Shown piece by piece: positions 39,954 through 50,581 of a DNA stretch of 64,000 bases (its first letter is position 1; every line of letters starts with the position of its first letter). The position numbers and the translations under genes were made by a program. Origin of the DNA: Candidatus Spongiisociaceae bacterium (GTDB taxonomy: Bacteria; Actinomycetota; Acidimicrobiia; Spongiisociales; Spongiisociaceae); contig OZ253564.1 of the NCBI GenBank assembly GCA_965262915.1, forward strand, positions 3,424,001-3,488,000, read 5' to 3'. The notes below the pieces were generated by a model, which had not been told where the DNA came from, searched no databases, and saw only the letters and a list, made by a program, of their open reading frames with translations.

Positions 39954-40667
39954 TCATTTCCGGAGAGCCACAAAGCACGAATCCTTCGGAGACAGGAGAG
40001 CCATCTCCGACCGGGCATCGGGCTGGTATCTCTGGAGGAGACCCCTGAGGTCCCTCGCGGCGGCCGCCACATCCTCGTTTGCTCGGTCGTGGTGGCCTTC
40101 GACGGTGAACAGGGCTTCGACCGTCCGCGGACCGGTGGCACTCTGGGCGCTCTGACGCCAGCACCAGCGGCGGGCGCTCACCGCACCTGCCTCGTCGACG
40201 AACACGACCTCGCCCGGATGGGGCGCTACCACCCGGGTGCTCCCGAGATCGGTGAACCGCTCCCCGCCACCGGCGAAGCGGACCACGGTGGACCCCGTCA
40301 CATGAGCCTGGTCGAAGGCAGCCACAGGGAGCCGGTAGCGGATCGCCACCAGGTTGGCGATGTCGACCAGGAGGTTGATCGACGGGATGTCTCCGCGCTT
40401 GACAAGGCGCCGGAGGAGGGCCTCGGCGGCGTTGCGGTACTGCGTCGGCTTGACCCCGAACCCGGCGAAGGCCCGGCGCCACGCCGCGATGGAGGGGAGC
40501 GCCGAGATCGCCCGGCTGCCGATCTCGCTGCGGGAGGCGAGTTGCTGCGCCCGGAACTGGTCTCGGAGCTCGGCCGGGCTGGCACCGTTCGACAGCCCGA
40601 CCGCATGGACCACCCCGGCCCGGATTGTCGGGTACCGCTCCAGGACGCGCCGGTCGTAGGAGAACAT
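39954..40667 (-). CDS. B3/B4 domain protein (PheRS editing-domain-like trans-editing factor)
   Basis: AWRRAF, AAEALLRR, IPSINLLVDIAN, RRWCWRQ. Confidence 0.85.
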   Translation of the reverse strand: MFSYDRRVLERYPTIRAGVVHAVGLSNGASPAELRDQFRAQQLASRSEIGSRAISALPSIAAWRRAFAGFGVKPTQYRNAAEALLRRLVKRGDIPSINLLVDIANLVAIRYRLPVAAFDQAHVTGSTVVRFAGGGERFTDLGSTRVVAPHPGEVVFVDEAGAVSARRWCWRQSAQSATGPRTVEALFTVEGHHDRANEDVAAAARDLRGLLQRYQPDARSEMALLSPKDSCFVALRK

Positions 40668-40671
40668 CTGC

Positions 40672-41040
40672 CTACCCGTGGCTTCCTGCGCGTCGCCACA
40701 GGAGAGCAACACCTACGGCGGCGAATGTCACCAGATCGACAACGGGAGCGGGCCAGATCGCCGGGTGGGAGTAGCCCACGGTGACATAAGCGATGGCCCA
40801 TGCGCAGTCGGCCACCGTCAGAGCAAGAACCAGCGCGCCGGAGATACGCCAGGCTTGGGCCAGGCCACCCCGAATGATCGCATATGTCAGGAGAGGTACG
40901 GTCACGGGCGCGGCATAGATAGCTGCCCCACCGATCGAAAAGAGAAGAACCGCCGCCCCGATTATCAAGGCTTTGAGCAGAAGGCCTCGGATCTTCCCGG
41001 TCACACTCCGTACGTTAGCCACCGGCGGAATATGTCTCAT
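40672..41040 (-). CDS. Small hypothetical membrane protein
   Basis: Hydrophobic ORF filling the gap and co-oriented with neighbours; start uncertain. Confidence 0.45.
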   Translation of the reverse strand: MRHIPPVANVRSVTGKIRGLLLKALIIGAAVLLFSIGGAAIYAAPVTVPLLTYAIIRGGLAQAWRISGALVLALTVADCAWAIAYVTVGYSHPAIWPAPVVDLVTFAAVGVALLWRRAGSHG

Positions 41041-41194
41041 GATGCCTGGCCATCGGACCTCCGCGTACAGAACGCGGGACCAATCAGGCTGCCTCGATCA
41101 GCCGGTGGAGAGCTTGTTCCCGCAAACACCGAACCATCTCGATAACGCAACGTTCTCGGCTTCAGAGGTGGCGCGTGGCGCTGGATACCGCCGC

Positions 41195-41941
41195 TCAGGG
41201 GGTCGATATGGCCCCCAGGAACCTCTTCAGGCCCGCGTCCTGGGGTCTGCGGATCAAGTCCTCGGGCGAACCCTGCTCCACCAACGCACCCCCATCCATG
41301 TAGATCATGCGGTCAGCGACATCCAACGCAAAACCAAGCTCGTGCGTCACCACCAGCATCGTCATGCCTTCTTCGGCGAGGCTACGCATCACCCCGAGCA
41401 CCTCGCCGATGAGTTCCGGGTCAAGCGCCGACGTTGGCTCATCGAAGAGCATGACCTCTGGATTCAGCGCCAGAGCCCTCGCAATTGCGACCCGCTGCTG
41501 CTGGCCGCCCGAGAGTCGGTTCGGGTAGACGTCGCGCTTGTCCGCCAGACCGACCTTCGCCAGCAGATCCTCACCCGCTCTGGTGGCGTCCGAGCGCGAA
41601 GCTCCCTGCACGGCGACCAGGCCTTCGATCACGTTGCCGAGAGCCGTTCGGTGGGGAAAGAGGTTGAAGGACTGGAAGACCATTCCCGAGAGCAGTCGGA
41701 GTTCGAGGATCTCCTTCGTCTTCCGGCGTGTGATCGGGCCGGCCTCGACGGACCTCTCACCGATGCTTATCGTGCCGGTGTCCGGTATCTCCAGGTAGTT
41801 GATACACCGCAGGAGAGTGCTCTTTCCCGAACCAGACCGCCCGCACAGGGCAACGACCTCACCCCTTTCGACGTCGAGAGTGACGTCTTTCACCGCGTGT
41901 ACCTCGCCGAAAGACTTACTCAGCCCCCTTACCGATAACAC
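41195..41941 (-). CDS. Polar amino acid ABC transporter ATP-binding protein
   Basis: [28 protein letters not shown]. Confidence 0.95.
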   Translation of the reverse strand: MLSVRGLSKSFGEVHAVKDVTLDVERGEVVALCGRSGSGKSTLLRCINYLEIPDTGTISIGERSVEAGPITRRKTKEILELRLLSGMVFQSFNLFPHRTALGNVIEGLVAVQGASRSDATRAGEDLLAKVGLADKRDVYPNRLSGGQQQRVAIARALALNPEVMLFDEPTSALDPELIGEVLGVMRSLAEEGMTMLVVTHELGFALDVADRMIYMDGGALVEQGSPEDLIRRPQDAGLKRFLGAISTP

Positions 41942-41953
41942 AGCGGTTCCCGG

Positions 41954-42745
41954 TCAGTCACGAGCATACGCAACCCCGATGCGGCTTTCGAGGCGAGCCT
42001 GGAACCAGTTGAGAGCAACCGTGAGGCACCAGTAGATGCTCCCGGCGAGTATCAACATCTCGAGAATCCGGAAGTCGCGCTGGCCGATGCTCTGCGCCTT
42101 GGAAAAGAGTTCGGCAACACCGATGAAGCTCACCAACGTCGAGTCCTTGAGAATGAAAATGTAGTAGTTGGCGGTCGGAGGGATTGCATTCCGCGCTGCC
42201 TGGGGAAAGATGACACGACGGAAGGCTTTCACAGGCGTCATACCTATTGCCCGGGCGGCCTCTGTCTGACCGTAGTGTACCGACTGGATACTGACCCGGA
42301 AGACCTCGCTCAGGTAGGCACCGTTGGTGATGCCGAGACCCAGGATCCCGGCCTGTATCGAAGTCAGGAGAAGCGACGAGTGAAGATGGGGAAGCCCGAA
42401 GTAGAGCAGAAAGAGGACAACGATTACCGGAACCCCCTGGCCGAGGGATACGTAGAGTTTGGCCGGTACATTGAAAACCGGCCGTGGTGACAGGAGGCCC
42501 AAGGCTCCGAAAAAGCCGAGAAAGCACGCCAGCGCCGTTCCCCAGAACGCTACGTACAACACCAGCGGAATGGTGGCCACGAGTATCGGTACCTTCTCCA
42601 ACAAGTAGGAGAAACTGATCCCCAGGACCATCAACGCGAGAGCCAGTATGGCCAATACGGCTATTTGAACCGGTCGCATGCGTCTCTTGACGCGATCTAT
42701 CTCTGCGGTTTGGGGAGGTAGCCAGATACGCGTTGCCCCTCTCAC
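41954..42745 (-). CDS. Polar amino acid ABC transporter permease
   Basis: AYLSEVFR, GQTEAARAIG, KDSTL. Confidence 0.9.
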   Translation of the reverse strand: MRGATRIWLPPQTAEIDRVKRRMRPVQIAVLAILALALMVLGISFSYLLEKVPILVATIPLVLYVAFWGTALACFLGFFGALGLLSPRPVFNVPAKLYVSLGQGVPVIVVLFLLYFGLPHLHSSLLLTSIQAGILGLGITNGAYLSEVFRVSIQSVHYGQTEAARAIGMTPVKAFRRVIFPQAARNAIPPTANYYIFILKDSTLVSFIGVAELFSKAQSIGQRDFRILEMLILAGSIYWCLTVALNWFQARLESRIGVAYARD

Positions 42746-43662
42746 GACGAACTCCTTTCATAGGCGGTCGCCATCCTTCGTTCCGACATACCGAGCAATC
42801 GGCGGAAGACAACAGTCAGTATCCAGTAGATCAGCGCAGCAATCAGGATCGTCTCGAAGAGCCGGAGGTTCTGGCTACCGATTCTCTGAGCACGCTGGAA
42901 CAGGATCGGCACTCCAAGGAAGCCGACCAGGGCAGTATCCTTCAGCATCATCACAAAATGGTTGCCCGTCGGAGCAAGGGCGAATCGGATTGCCTGGGGC
43001 CAGATGATGCGCCGTTTTGTCTGGCGTAGCGTCATTCCCATTGCGGCCGAGGCCTCCCACTGACCGAGGGGAACGGACTGGAACCCGGCACGAAAGACCT
43101 CGGCCAGGTACGCAGCGTGAAAGATCGAGATAGCCAGGACAGCTGAAACGATCGGGTCGAGCACCAGAGCCTTCCTCAGCCAATCCGGTCCACCACCGGC
43201 CAACTGCGGTAGCGCGATGAAGATGAAAACGATCTGGACGATCAGCGGCGTACCTCGGACCACGGATGCGTACATGGACGCGACACCCCTTGCCCAAGCG
43301 CTCATCGAGAGTCGTGCGACGGCAGTGACAGCAGCGAGCGCTAGGGCGAGAACCATCGAGATCGCTGCAATGGCAATGACCAGAGGCGTCAGCGAGACTA
43401 GGAACCAGGTCCAAGTGCGCATGAACTGGGCATCGAGACCCAAGCGCAGCAGGAAGAGAAAAATGCCGGCAAGTAATGCGAGGCGCACGACCCACTCACG
43501 CAAGGGGAGGGGTATGCGCCGGACAAACAGTTCGAGACGCTCGGCTCTGGTCAGCGTAACGTCTCGTGTCCGTCCAACTACGCTCTCCTGCGTCGGATCG
43601 TCGCTCGATCGAGGCCGGTCGGTCCTGGGTACCGAAGCGACGCGGTACTCCTGACGGGCCAA
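42742..43662 (-). CDS. Polar amino acid ABC transporter permease
   Basis: RGTPLIVQ, AYLAEVFR, GQWEA, KDTAL. Confidence 0.9.
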   Translation of the reverse strand: MARQEYRVASVPRTDRPRSSDDPTQESVVGRTRDVTLTRAERLELFVRRIPLPLREWVVRLALLAGIFLFLLRLGLDAQFMRTWTWFLVSLTPLVIAIAAISMVLALALAAVTAVARLSMSAWARGVASMYASVVRGTPLIVQIVFIFIALPQLAGGGPDWLRKALVLDPIVSAVLAISIFHAAYLAEVFRAGFQSVPLGQWEASAAMGMTLRQTKRRIIWPQAIRFALAPTGNHFVMMLKDTALVGFLGVPILFQRAQRIGSQNLRLFETILIAALIYWILTVVFRRLLGMSERRMATAYERSSS

Positions 43663-43686
43663 GGCCGGCCTCTCCTTTCTCGCCTA

Positions 43687-43848
43687 ATGGTCTGTCTGTA
43701 AAACAACTTGGCATGCTCTGCTTGCCAGCGACGCCCCTCGCGGCGTTCCGCCTCCTCTACGTACGCTCCCGGTACGCCATCGTCGGCGGGCCTGGCGAGG
43801 AACGCCGCTGCCGGCGCATCCCACGCCGCTATTTCACAGACAGACCAC
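43687..43848. mobile_element. 162-bp MITE, copy 1 (TIR (G/A)TGGTCTGTCTGT...ACAGACAGACCAC)
   Basis: Terminal inverted repeats; TA on the left and TT on the right; highly similar to 58966..59127 in the opposite orientation. Confidence 0.85.
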
Positions 43849-43862
43849 TTGGAGCCAGGCTA

Positions 43863-43894
43863 GGTCCAGACCCCGATGGTCCGGGGTCTGGACC
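43863..43894 (-). terminator. Perfect 13-bp hairpin just downstream of the amino-acid SBP gene (terminator or mRNA stabiliser)
   Basis: GGTCCAGACCCCG-atggtc-CGGGGTCTGGACC; no U-tract. Confidence 0.55.
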
Positions 43895-43906
43895 GAGGAG
43901 AATCGA

Positions 43907-44791
43907 TCAGGCACATTCCGGAGGGAAACCACCCGGCTTCGTGTTGTCCCAGCCGTTCCACTTTATGGCCAGCGCGGAGAGGGTACCGTCAGCATGCATC
44001 TCGCCGATGATGCGGTCAACCTCGTCTCGCAGACGAGTCGCGTCCTTGGGCGAGGACCCGTCGAACACCAGGCCGTTCACCTCCGAGAAGAGAACCGCTC
44101 GGTCGGGTACGTACTTGACCGGCGCACCGTCTTGGATCTGGCTGCAGACATTGTTGGATGTGACGAGCACGGCATCCAGTCTCACACCGTCACCCAGCGC
44201 CAGATCCGTGAAGGCCGAAAGATTGTTGTCATATGTTCGAACGTCAGCATCGTCGATGACGAAATCGAACTCGACTGCCGGCAGTTTCAGGTCCTTTCCG
44301 AGGTAGCGTTCCTGGGCGCATCCTGCACAGACGCCGATCGTCGCTCCATCGAGGTCAGTCGACGAGTCGTTGACGGTCGTGTTATCAGCATGAACGGCAA
44401 GCATGGAATCCGAGTACTGGTAGGGCTGGGTGTACAAGAGTATTTCCAGCCGCTCCTCTGTGATCGTGATCCCGTGAATCGCCACGTCCCATCTGTTCTG
44501 CCAGTTGGCAGCCACAATCACGGAGAATGACGGTTCGGTGTATTCCACCCCGTCGAGACCGAGTCGCTCCGCGATCTCTTCGGCGACATCCGGGTTGAAG
44601 CCGATGATGTTGCCGGATTCATCAAGGAACGAGTCCGGCTCGTAGATCGCTTCGAGGGCGACGCGGAGGGTTCCGCGTTCCATGACTTCCGCGAGGAGGT
44701 CACCTTCCCCGTCATCTTCGGTCGCGCATGCCGCTGCCACTACGACGAACGAGAGTGCGAGGCCGAGATATCGTAGCTTCTTCTTGCTCAT
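43907..44791 (-). CDS. Polar amino acid ABC transporter substrate-binding lipoprotein (family 3)
   Basis: Lipobox AAAC, GTLRV, IIGFNPDV, ITITEER, YTQPY. Confidence 0.9.
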   Translation of the reverse strand: MSKKKLRYLGLALSFVVVAAACATEDDGEGDLLAEVMERGTLRVALEAIYEPDSFLDESGNIIGFNPDVAEEIAERLGLDGVEYTEPSFSVIVAANWQNRWDVAIHGITITEERLEILLYTQPYQYSDSMLAVHADNTTVNDSSTDLDGATIGVCAGCAQERYLGKDLKLPAVEFDFVIDDADVRTYDNNLSAFTDLALGDGVRLDAVLVTSNNVCSQIQDGAPVKYVPDRAVLFSEVNGLVFDGSSPKDATRLRDEVDRIIGEMHADGTLSALAIKWNGWDNTKPGGFPPECA

Positions 44792-45263
44792 GTCTACTTC
44801 CTCCCCTTATCCGTGAACTCCTCCACCGTGAACTCCTTCTCCACACTCTCCATCAACGGAAACGGTAAAGGGCTTGCCGGCGGATGGTGCGTCCAAATCG
44901 GCGAAGACTCGGCCGATGTCGATGGCAACTCTGTGACGCACGTTGATCTCCAAGAGCTTTCGGGAACGATATCCAGGGGCCCACCTCTGTGTCAAATAAC
45001 GCACAGTGATACGTACAGCGCACATCTGTGGTTCCTGGACCGGAGTCCCCCCCCCCGGCAGGCCGGACATTTCCACAGTGAGCACGCCGCGCGTTCGAGA
45101 AGGGGCGTGCGCTCTGGGAAGCAGGCCCGGTTGGATCCAGAGGTCTACGGGAAGGTTATCTGTACGCGCCGAGGATGCCGGGTGCGATTCCGGTTCCGCA
45201 GCGACTGCGTCCCTGCAGGCTGAGGGAGGGCACGTGGCCTACCCGCCGCCCATAGCCGAATCG

Positions 45264-46199
45264 TCATCGGAGGCCGCGGATGAAGGGCCGGGCCAGCGCA
45301 GCGGGTTGGCGGAACTGCTTGGTTATGAAATACATGACACCGAGGGTCAGGACGTAGGGCAGGGCGGCCAGGAACTGGGCGTTGAGCTGGTAACCGAGCA
45401 CCGGAACCGCCAAGCGGAATGCGTCGGCCAGACCGAACAGGAAAGCCCCGAGCAGGGTGCCGCGCAACGTCCAGCCGCCGAAGTAGACCGCCGCGATGGC
45501 GATGAAGCCGCGGCCACCGACGGCGCCGGTATCGAAACTCCCCACCTGGCCAAGCACCAGGAAGGCGCCGCCCAACCCGGCCAGCATGCCTCCGTAGCAG
45601 ACGGCCTGGCGCCGTCGCTTGTTCACATCGATGCCCGAGATGTCACTGGCCTGAGGGTTCTCGCCCACAGAGCGCACCTCGAGGCCCCAACGTGTCCTGT
45701 ACAGGAGCCACCAGGTGAGCGGGATGAGCGGGTATAGGAGGTAGGTGGGCCAGGTCTGGCCGAACAGCGCCGGGCCGATGAGGGGGATGTCGGAGAGGAG
45801 CGGGACCTCGATGACGCTTGCCCGGCTGGCGGCCGGGTCGATGATCCCTTCAAGGAACCCGGCCAGGCCCAGTACCAGCACGTTGGCCGTGAGCCCGACC
45901 ACGAACTGGTCGGCGGTCAGGCGGTGGCTCATGTTCGCCTGGATCAGGGCGACCAGAACACCGGCCAACACCCCGCCGCCCAGCCCTACCCAGGTAGAGC
46001 CCACGAAATGGAATGCCACCACTGCTCCGAACGCCCCGGCCAGACACGAACCCTCGACAGAGATGTTGATCGTCCCGGCCTTCTCGGCCACCAGTTCACC
46101 GAGGGCCGCAAAGGCGAGGAAGCCCCCGAGGCGTACGGCACTCCCGTACATGGTCGGGTTGCTGAAGATATCGCCCAGTGCTCCGAGGATGTCGCCCAT
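45264..46199 (-). CDS. Nucleoside ABC transporter permease
   Basis: EKAGTINISVEG, GRGFIAIAA, PAALARPF. Confidence 0.9.
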   Translation of the reverse strand: MGDILGALGDIFSNPTMYGSAVRLGGFLAFAALGELVAEKAGTINISVEGSCLAGAFGAVVAFHFVGSTWVGLGGGVLAGVLVALIQANMSHRLTADQFVVGLTANVLVLGLAGFLEGIIDPAASRASVIEVPLLSDIPLIGPALFGQTWPTYLLYPLIPLTWWLLYRTRWGLEVRSVGENPQASDISGIDVNKRRRQAVCYGGMLAGLGGAFLVLGQVGSFDTGAVGGRGFIAIAAVYFGGWTLRGTLLGAFLFGLADAFRLAVPVLGYQLNAQFLAALPYVLTLGVMYFITKQFRQPAALARPFIRGLR

Positions 46200-47338
46200 C
46201 AGGTGCCCGCGCCCCCGAAACCGGCCTGCGCCCGGCGCCGCTCACGGATGAACTGCACGGCCGGGGGGATGAGCAGAGCGAGCACGAGTAGCGCCTGGAT
46301 CACGTCGACGATCTTGCGGTCGACCCCGGTCGCGGCCAGGAAGCCGGCGCCCGTCCGGAGGGCGGCGAACACGATCGCCATCGGGATACACAGCAGCGGC
46401 CTGCTCTGGGCCAGAAGCGCCACCAGGAGACCCTGCCACCCGATGTTGGTCGAGAACCCGGTCGTGAGGCGGGAGCCCGACGCTCCCCCGGCGAGCATCA
46501 CCGCTCCGGCGAAGCCCGCCACGCCCCCCGAGATGAACAGCGCCAGAGTGCCGGCTCGTGCCGCCGCGACGCCCACCTGGTGAGCCAGGCTCGGTCCGCT
46601 GCCCAGCAGCCGGAGCTTGAAACCGCCCATGGTGCGCGCCAGGACGAAGGCCACCGCAGCGGCCATCACCAGGGCGATCGGAAACCCAATGTGGAACTCG
46701 TTGCCGAACAGAGTGATGACCGGCAGGTGGACCGAGTCGGGAAGGGCGGCGCTGGTCACAGCCCTAGAGGGCCGGTTGGGATCGGGATCGGCCAGTACCC
46801 ATGGCGTGGTGACCGCGAACCCGATGATCTGGAGGGCTACGAACACCAGCAGCAAGGTTGAGATCACCTCGGGTACACCCCGCCGGAATCGCATGACCGC
46901 GGCGATCGCTGCGTACAAGCCACCTGCCGCAGCCCCGAGCAGCAGGCCCGCCACGAGCAGGAGTGGCCCTGGCCCGGCCAGCTTGGTTCCAACGAAGGCC
47001 ATAGCCATGGCGCCGATCAGCACCTGACCCTCCTGGCCTATGTTGAAGAACCCGGACTTGACGCCGACCACCATTCCCAGAGCGACCAGCAGCATCGGGG
47101 TGGCGATGGTAAGGGTGTTGCCCCAGCGCCCGGGGGCGAGGAACGCCCCGTCCATGAGGGCGCCGAACACGCGGCTCCACGAGTTCCCCGTGATCGCCAC
47201 CAGACCCCCCGACAGCAGGAGGGTCCCGCCGACGCTGAGCAGGTAGAGGAGGGCCATCTCGACACCGGCCCGCTCCCGCCACCGGGCGGCTGTTGCGGGC
47301 GGACCGTCCATCGTCGGATCGGCGGTGTCGGACGTCAT
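46199..47338 (-). CDS. Nucleoside ABC transporter permease
   Basis: FNIGQEGQ, EVISTLLL, GWQGLLVALL. Confidence 0.9.
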   Translation of the reverse strand: MTSDTADPTMDGPPATAARWRERAGVEMALLYLLSVGGTLLLSGGLVAITGNSWSRVFGALMDGAFLAPGRWGNTLTIATPMLLVALGMVVGVKSGFFNIGQEGQVLIGAMAMAFVGTKLAGPGPLLLVAGLLLGAAAGGLYAAIAAVMRFRRGVPEVISTLLLVFVALQIIGFAVTTPWVLADPDPNRPSRAVTSAALPDSVHLPVITLFGNEFHIGFPIALVMAAAVAFVLARTMGGFKLRLLGSGPSLAHQVGVAAARAGTLALFISGGVAGFAGAVMLAGGASGSRLTTGFSTNIGWQGLLVALLAQSRPLLCIPMAIVFAALRTGAGFLAATGVDRKIVDVIQALLVLALLIPPAVQFIRERRRAQAGFGGAGT

Positions 47339-48933
47339 GCCGCGGTCTCGGCTACACCGGAGCCTCCCATGAGGAGAGCGAGCCGTTCCATATCGAGGCT
47401 TGTCCGGTCCATCTCGCCGACGGTCCCTCCGCGATACACGATCACGATGCGGTCTGCGAGGGCGGTGATCTCGGCGAGGTCCGTGGAGAGGAGCACGACA
47501 CCGATACCCGATGCTGCCGCGCGTAGCAACTGGTCACCCACGAACTCGATGGCCCCGACGTCGAGGCCTCTGGTCGGCTGGTGGGCGACCAGGATCTTGG
47601 GCGCGGCGGAGAGGGCGCGGGCCAGGACCACCCTCTGCTGGTTGCCTCCCGATAGGTGATCGAGGGGCACGTCGGGTCCCGTCGTATGGATGCCGTACTC
47701 CTCGACCAGGTCGAGAGCGTGCCGACGGATCGTCTCGCGCCGCAGAAGGCCTCGGCGCTGCATCCGGTCGAGCGAGGAGAGCATGAGGTTCTCCGCCACG
47801 GTCATGCCCGGAACGCATCCCGACCGGTGACGATCCGCCGGAACCACCACCACCCCCGCGCCGGCCATCGCGCCGGCGACACCGGTGGGAACCGCCTGTC
47901 CTTCTACCTCCACAGTACCGGAGTCGAGACGGCGGAGGCTCGACAGGACGTCGGCCAGCGGGGTCTGACCGTTCCCTTCCACACCCGCCACCCCCACCAC
48001 CTCGCCCGCCCGCACTTCGAGCGAAAGGCTGTCGAGCAGGACCCGTCCGTCGTCCGCCCTCAGCGATGCACCGTCGATACGCAACAGCGGCGTCTCCGCA
48101 TCGGGCATGCCGGCACGACTCTCCCTGCTCTCGATTGCCGCTTCCGGCGGCGCAACGCTGCCGGACATTCCGAGACCCGTAGTCACCGTCCGCAAGGCAA
48201 CCGGGCGCCCCACCATGGCGCGTGCCAGGGACGGAGCGTCGGCATCGGAGGTCCTGACCCGGTCGACCACCCTTCCGTGGCGCATCACGGTGATGCAGTC
48301 GGTGGCCCGAAGAACCTCGTCCAGCTTGTGGCTGACGAGGACCACCGCCCACTTCTCCCGGTCCACGCCCTCGGATAGGACATCGAACAGTTGCTCGGAC
48401 TCGGACGGGCTCAGAACGGAAGTGGGCTCGTCGAGGATGATGATGCGGGGCTCGAGGCGCAGACACTTGATTATCTCGACCCGCTGTCGGATGCCGACCG
48501 ACAGATCGCCCACCAGCGCGTCGGGATCGACCGCCAACCCGTACCGATGCGAGATCTCCGCGACCCGACGCTTGGTGGCGTTCCGATCCAACCGGCCCTG
48601 CTCGCCCAGAGCGACGTTCTCCCAGACCGTGAGGGCGTCGACCAGGCTGTAATGCTGATGCACCATGCCGATGCCACGGCGGGTGGCATCCAGCGGATCG
48701 AGAACCCGGTACGGCGCTCCGTCGATCTCCATCCTGCCGCGATCCGGCAGGGTCAGCCCGAAGATCAGACGCATGAGCGTGGACTTGCCGGCGCCGTTCT
48801 CACCCAGCACCCCGTGCACCTCGCCGCGGTGGAGCGTGAAATCCACGCTGTCGCAGGCCACTACTTTCCCGAAACGCTTGGTCATCCCGGTGAGCGCCAG
48901 GGCCGCCGGAACGGATCCGGGGTCAACGTTCAT
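47335..48933 (-). CDS. Nucleoside/sugar ABC transporter ATP-binding protein
   Basis: GENGAGKST, LDEPT, LSGGNQQR. Confidence 0.95.
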   Translation of the reverse strand: MNVDPGSVPAALALTGMTKRFGKVVACDSVDFTLHRGEVHGVLGENGAGKSTLMRLIFGLTLPDRGRMEIDGAPYRVLDPLDATRRGIGMVHQHYSLVDALTVWENVALGEQGRLDRNATKRRVAEISHRYGLAVDPDALVGDLSVGIRQRVEIIKCLRLEPRIIILDEPTSVLSPSESEQLFDVLSEGVDREKWAVVLVSHKLDEVLRATDCITVMRHGRVVDRVRTSDADAPSLARAMVGRPVALRTVTTGLGMSGSVAPPEAAIESRESRAGMPDAETPLLRIDGASLRADDGRVLLDSLSLEVRAGEVVGVAGVEGNGQTPLADVLSSLRRLDSGTVEVEGQAVPTGVAGAMAGAGVVVVPADRHRSGCVPGMTVAENLMLSSLDRMQRRGLLRRETIRRHALDLVEEYGIHTTGPDVPLDHLSGGNQQRVVLARALSAAPKILVAHQPTRGLDVGAIEFVGDQLLRAAASGIGVVLLSTDLAEITALADRIVIVYRGGTVGEMDRTSLDMERLALLMGGSGVAETAA

Positions 48934-49128
48934 TCATGACGTCTCCGTCGGCCGAAACGGACCGCGACCGCTCTACCCCGTCCCAGGCCGGCCCGAGACC
49001 CGGCATGCCGCAGCCCATCCGGTATGTAGAAGGGGTGCTCAAGAACGGGTAAGTGGTTGGCCCCTCGTCCGCTGACGTGGCATCTTGTCATCGACCGCCG
49101 GCCCAACGGGGGGTTCTCGACCACCCTC

Positions 49129-50382
49129 CTAGAAGCCGTATGCCCCGGCGAGGATCTCGTAGATCTTATCGTTGAAATCGCCGGCGCCGATGCGGGCGTT
49201 CAGGTCCGCGAGAGCCGCCTCCTGCTCGGCCGTGGCGTTGCAGAAGTCCGCCCCGACCTCGGGATCGATCCCCACGGTAAACCGGCGAACCCCTCCTTCA
49301 AGGGCCGTGCCGTTGAGGATCTCGGTGAAGATGGGAGCGATGTAGTCGCCCGCGTCGAACATGACCTCGAGATCGTATGCCAGATCGTCACGCTCGCATC
49401 CCCTCGACGACCCGGCAGTCATAACGATCAGCCCGTCCGAGTTGGCCAGCTGCGCGATCGCCTCGTGGGCGCCGCCCAGGAACGGGTAGACAGCCGCTAC
49501 TCCTTCGGCCACCGCGGTGTTGTAGGCCTCGGTGGCGCCGGCCGTGTTGTTGAAGTCGAAGGGGTAATTGCCGGTGGGAACGTAGGTGGCGCTGAACGAG
49601 GGATCCACGAGCTGGAGGCCGTACTCGAATGCGGTGAACGACTCCACCTCGAAGTTCAGGTCACAACATCCGAGGAACACCGCGCTGTTGCCCCCGCGTT
49701 CCTGGATCAGGAGGCCGGTGGCATAGCCCGCCGAGATGTTGAGTTCCGCCCCGCTGTCAGCACTGCGGAGCATGCCGGGCGTGTCCTGGAACCCGGATCC
49801 GCAGTTGCAGTACCAGAAGATCTCCTCGTACTCGAGGAAGAGATCCTCGTTGCCGTCGGCGATGCCGCTCGATCCGATCGCGATGACGTCCACGGCTTGG
49901 CTTGCGATGGTCTCCAACTCCTCGCGGGCGTTGGCCTGCTCGACGTTGTCGACTACCAGAGGCGGCTCGTAGCCGGCCTTCTCCGACGTGTCCTCCACCC
50001 ACTCGACCAGAGCCTGGTAATAGGCGCCGTCGTCGCGAGGGCCGTCGGTGACCACCGCGATGCGCACGACGCCGTCACCGTTGAAATCGGCGGCGCCCCA
50101 GTCCGGCGGGGCTGCGGTGGTGTCGAGCATCACGGCCTCCGTGGTTTCGGTTACCGCGGCTGCGGTGCTGTCGGGCGCCGTCGCCTCGGTGCCGGCGGGC
50201 GCCTCGGGCTCGGGCGCCGCCGTGGTGGGAGCGGCCGTCGTCTCGGATGTTTCGGCCACTGTGGTGGTGGACGGCGAGGCGGTGGTGGTGGACGGTTCGG
50301 AGGTATCGCCGTCGCCGCAGGCCGCCGCCACCAGGGCCGCCGCCACCAGTCCTGCCAGGAGCTTCCTCGACCAGCGTTCCAT
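49129..50382 (-). CDS. BMP-family ABC transporter substrate-binding lipoprotein
   Basis: GGGAGG RBS, lipobox AAACG, long T/A/P/E linker, DDGAYYQ, YPFLGG; located upstream of nucleoside ABC genes. Confidence 0.8.
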   Translation of the reverse strand: MERWSRKLLAGLVAAALVAAACGDGDTSEPSTTTASPSTTTVAETSETTAAPTTAAPEPEAPAGTEATAPDSTAAAVTETTEAVMLDTTAAPPDWGAADFNGDGVVRIAVVTDGPRDDGAYYQALVEWVEDTSEKAGYEPPLVVDNVEQANAREELETIASQAVDVIAIGSSGIADGNEDLFLEYEEIFWYCNCGSGFQDTPGMLRSADSGAELNISAGYATGLLIQERGGNSAVFLGCCDLNFEVESFTAFEYGLQLVDPSFSATYVPTGNYPFDFNNTAGATEAYNTAVAEGVAAVYPFLGGAHEAIAQLANSDGLIVMTAGSSRGCERDDLAYDLEVMFDAGDYIAPIFTEILNGTALEGGVRRFTVGIDPEVGADFCNATAEQEAALADLNARIGAGDFNDKIYEILAGAYGF

Positions 50383-50581
50383 CCGTCCCGTACCTCCCCT
50401 TGATGCCCGAAGCGGGGATCCTACGCTCTCCCGCTCCTCCTGCCCTGACCGTCCAGCGGCGGCTCCTCCACCGTTGCGGGCTGGTCCGATACGCGGCAAT
50501 CCGGCCAAGTACCGACTCAGGCTAGCGACCGGACCGCGAACCCGTCCACCGGATTCGACCGGAAACCACCGGCCCGCGGTG

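Noticed and set aside
44811-44837. Direct repeat CCGTGAACTCCT x2 upstream of the amino-acid SBP
   Set aside because: Only two short copies, with no support for a function beyond a possible local duplication
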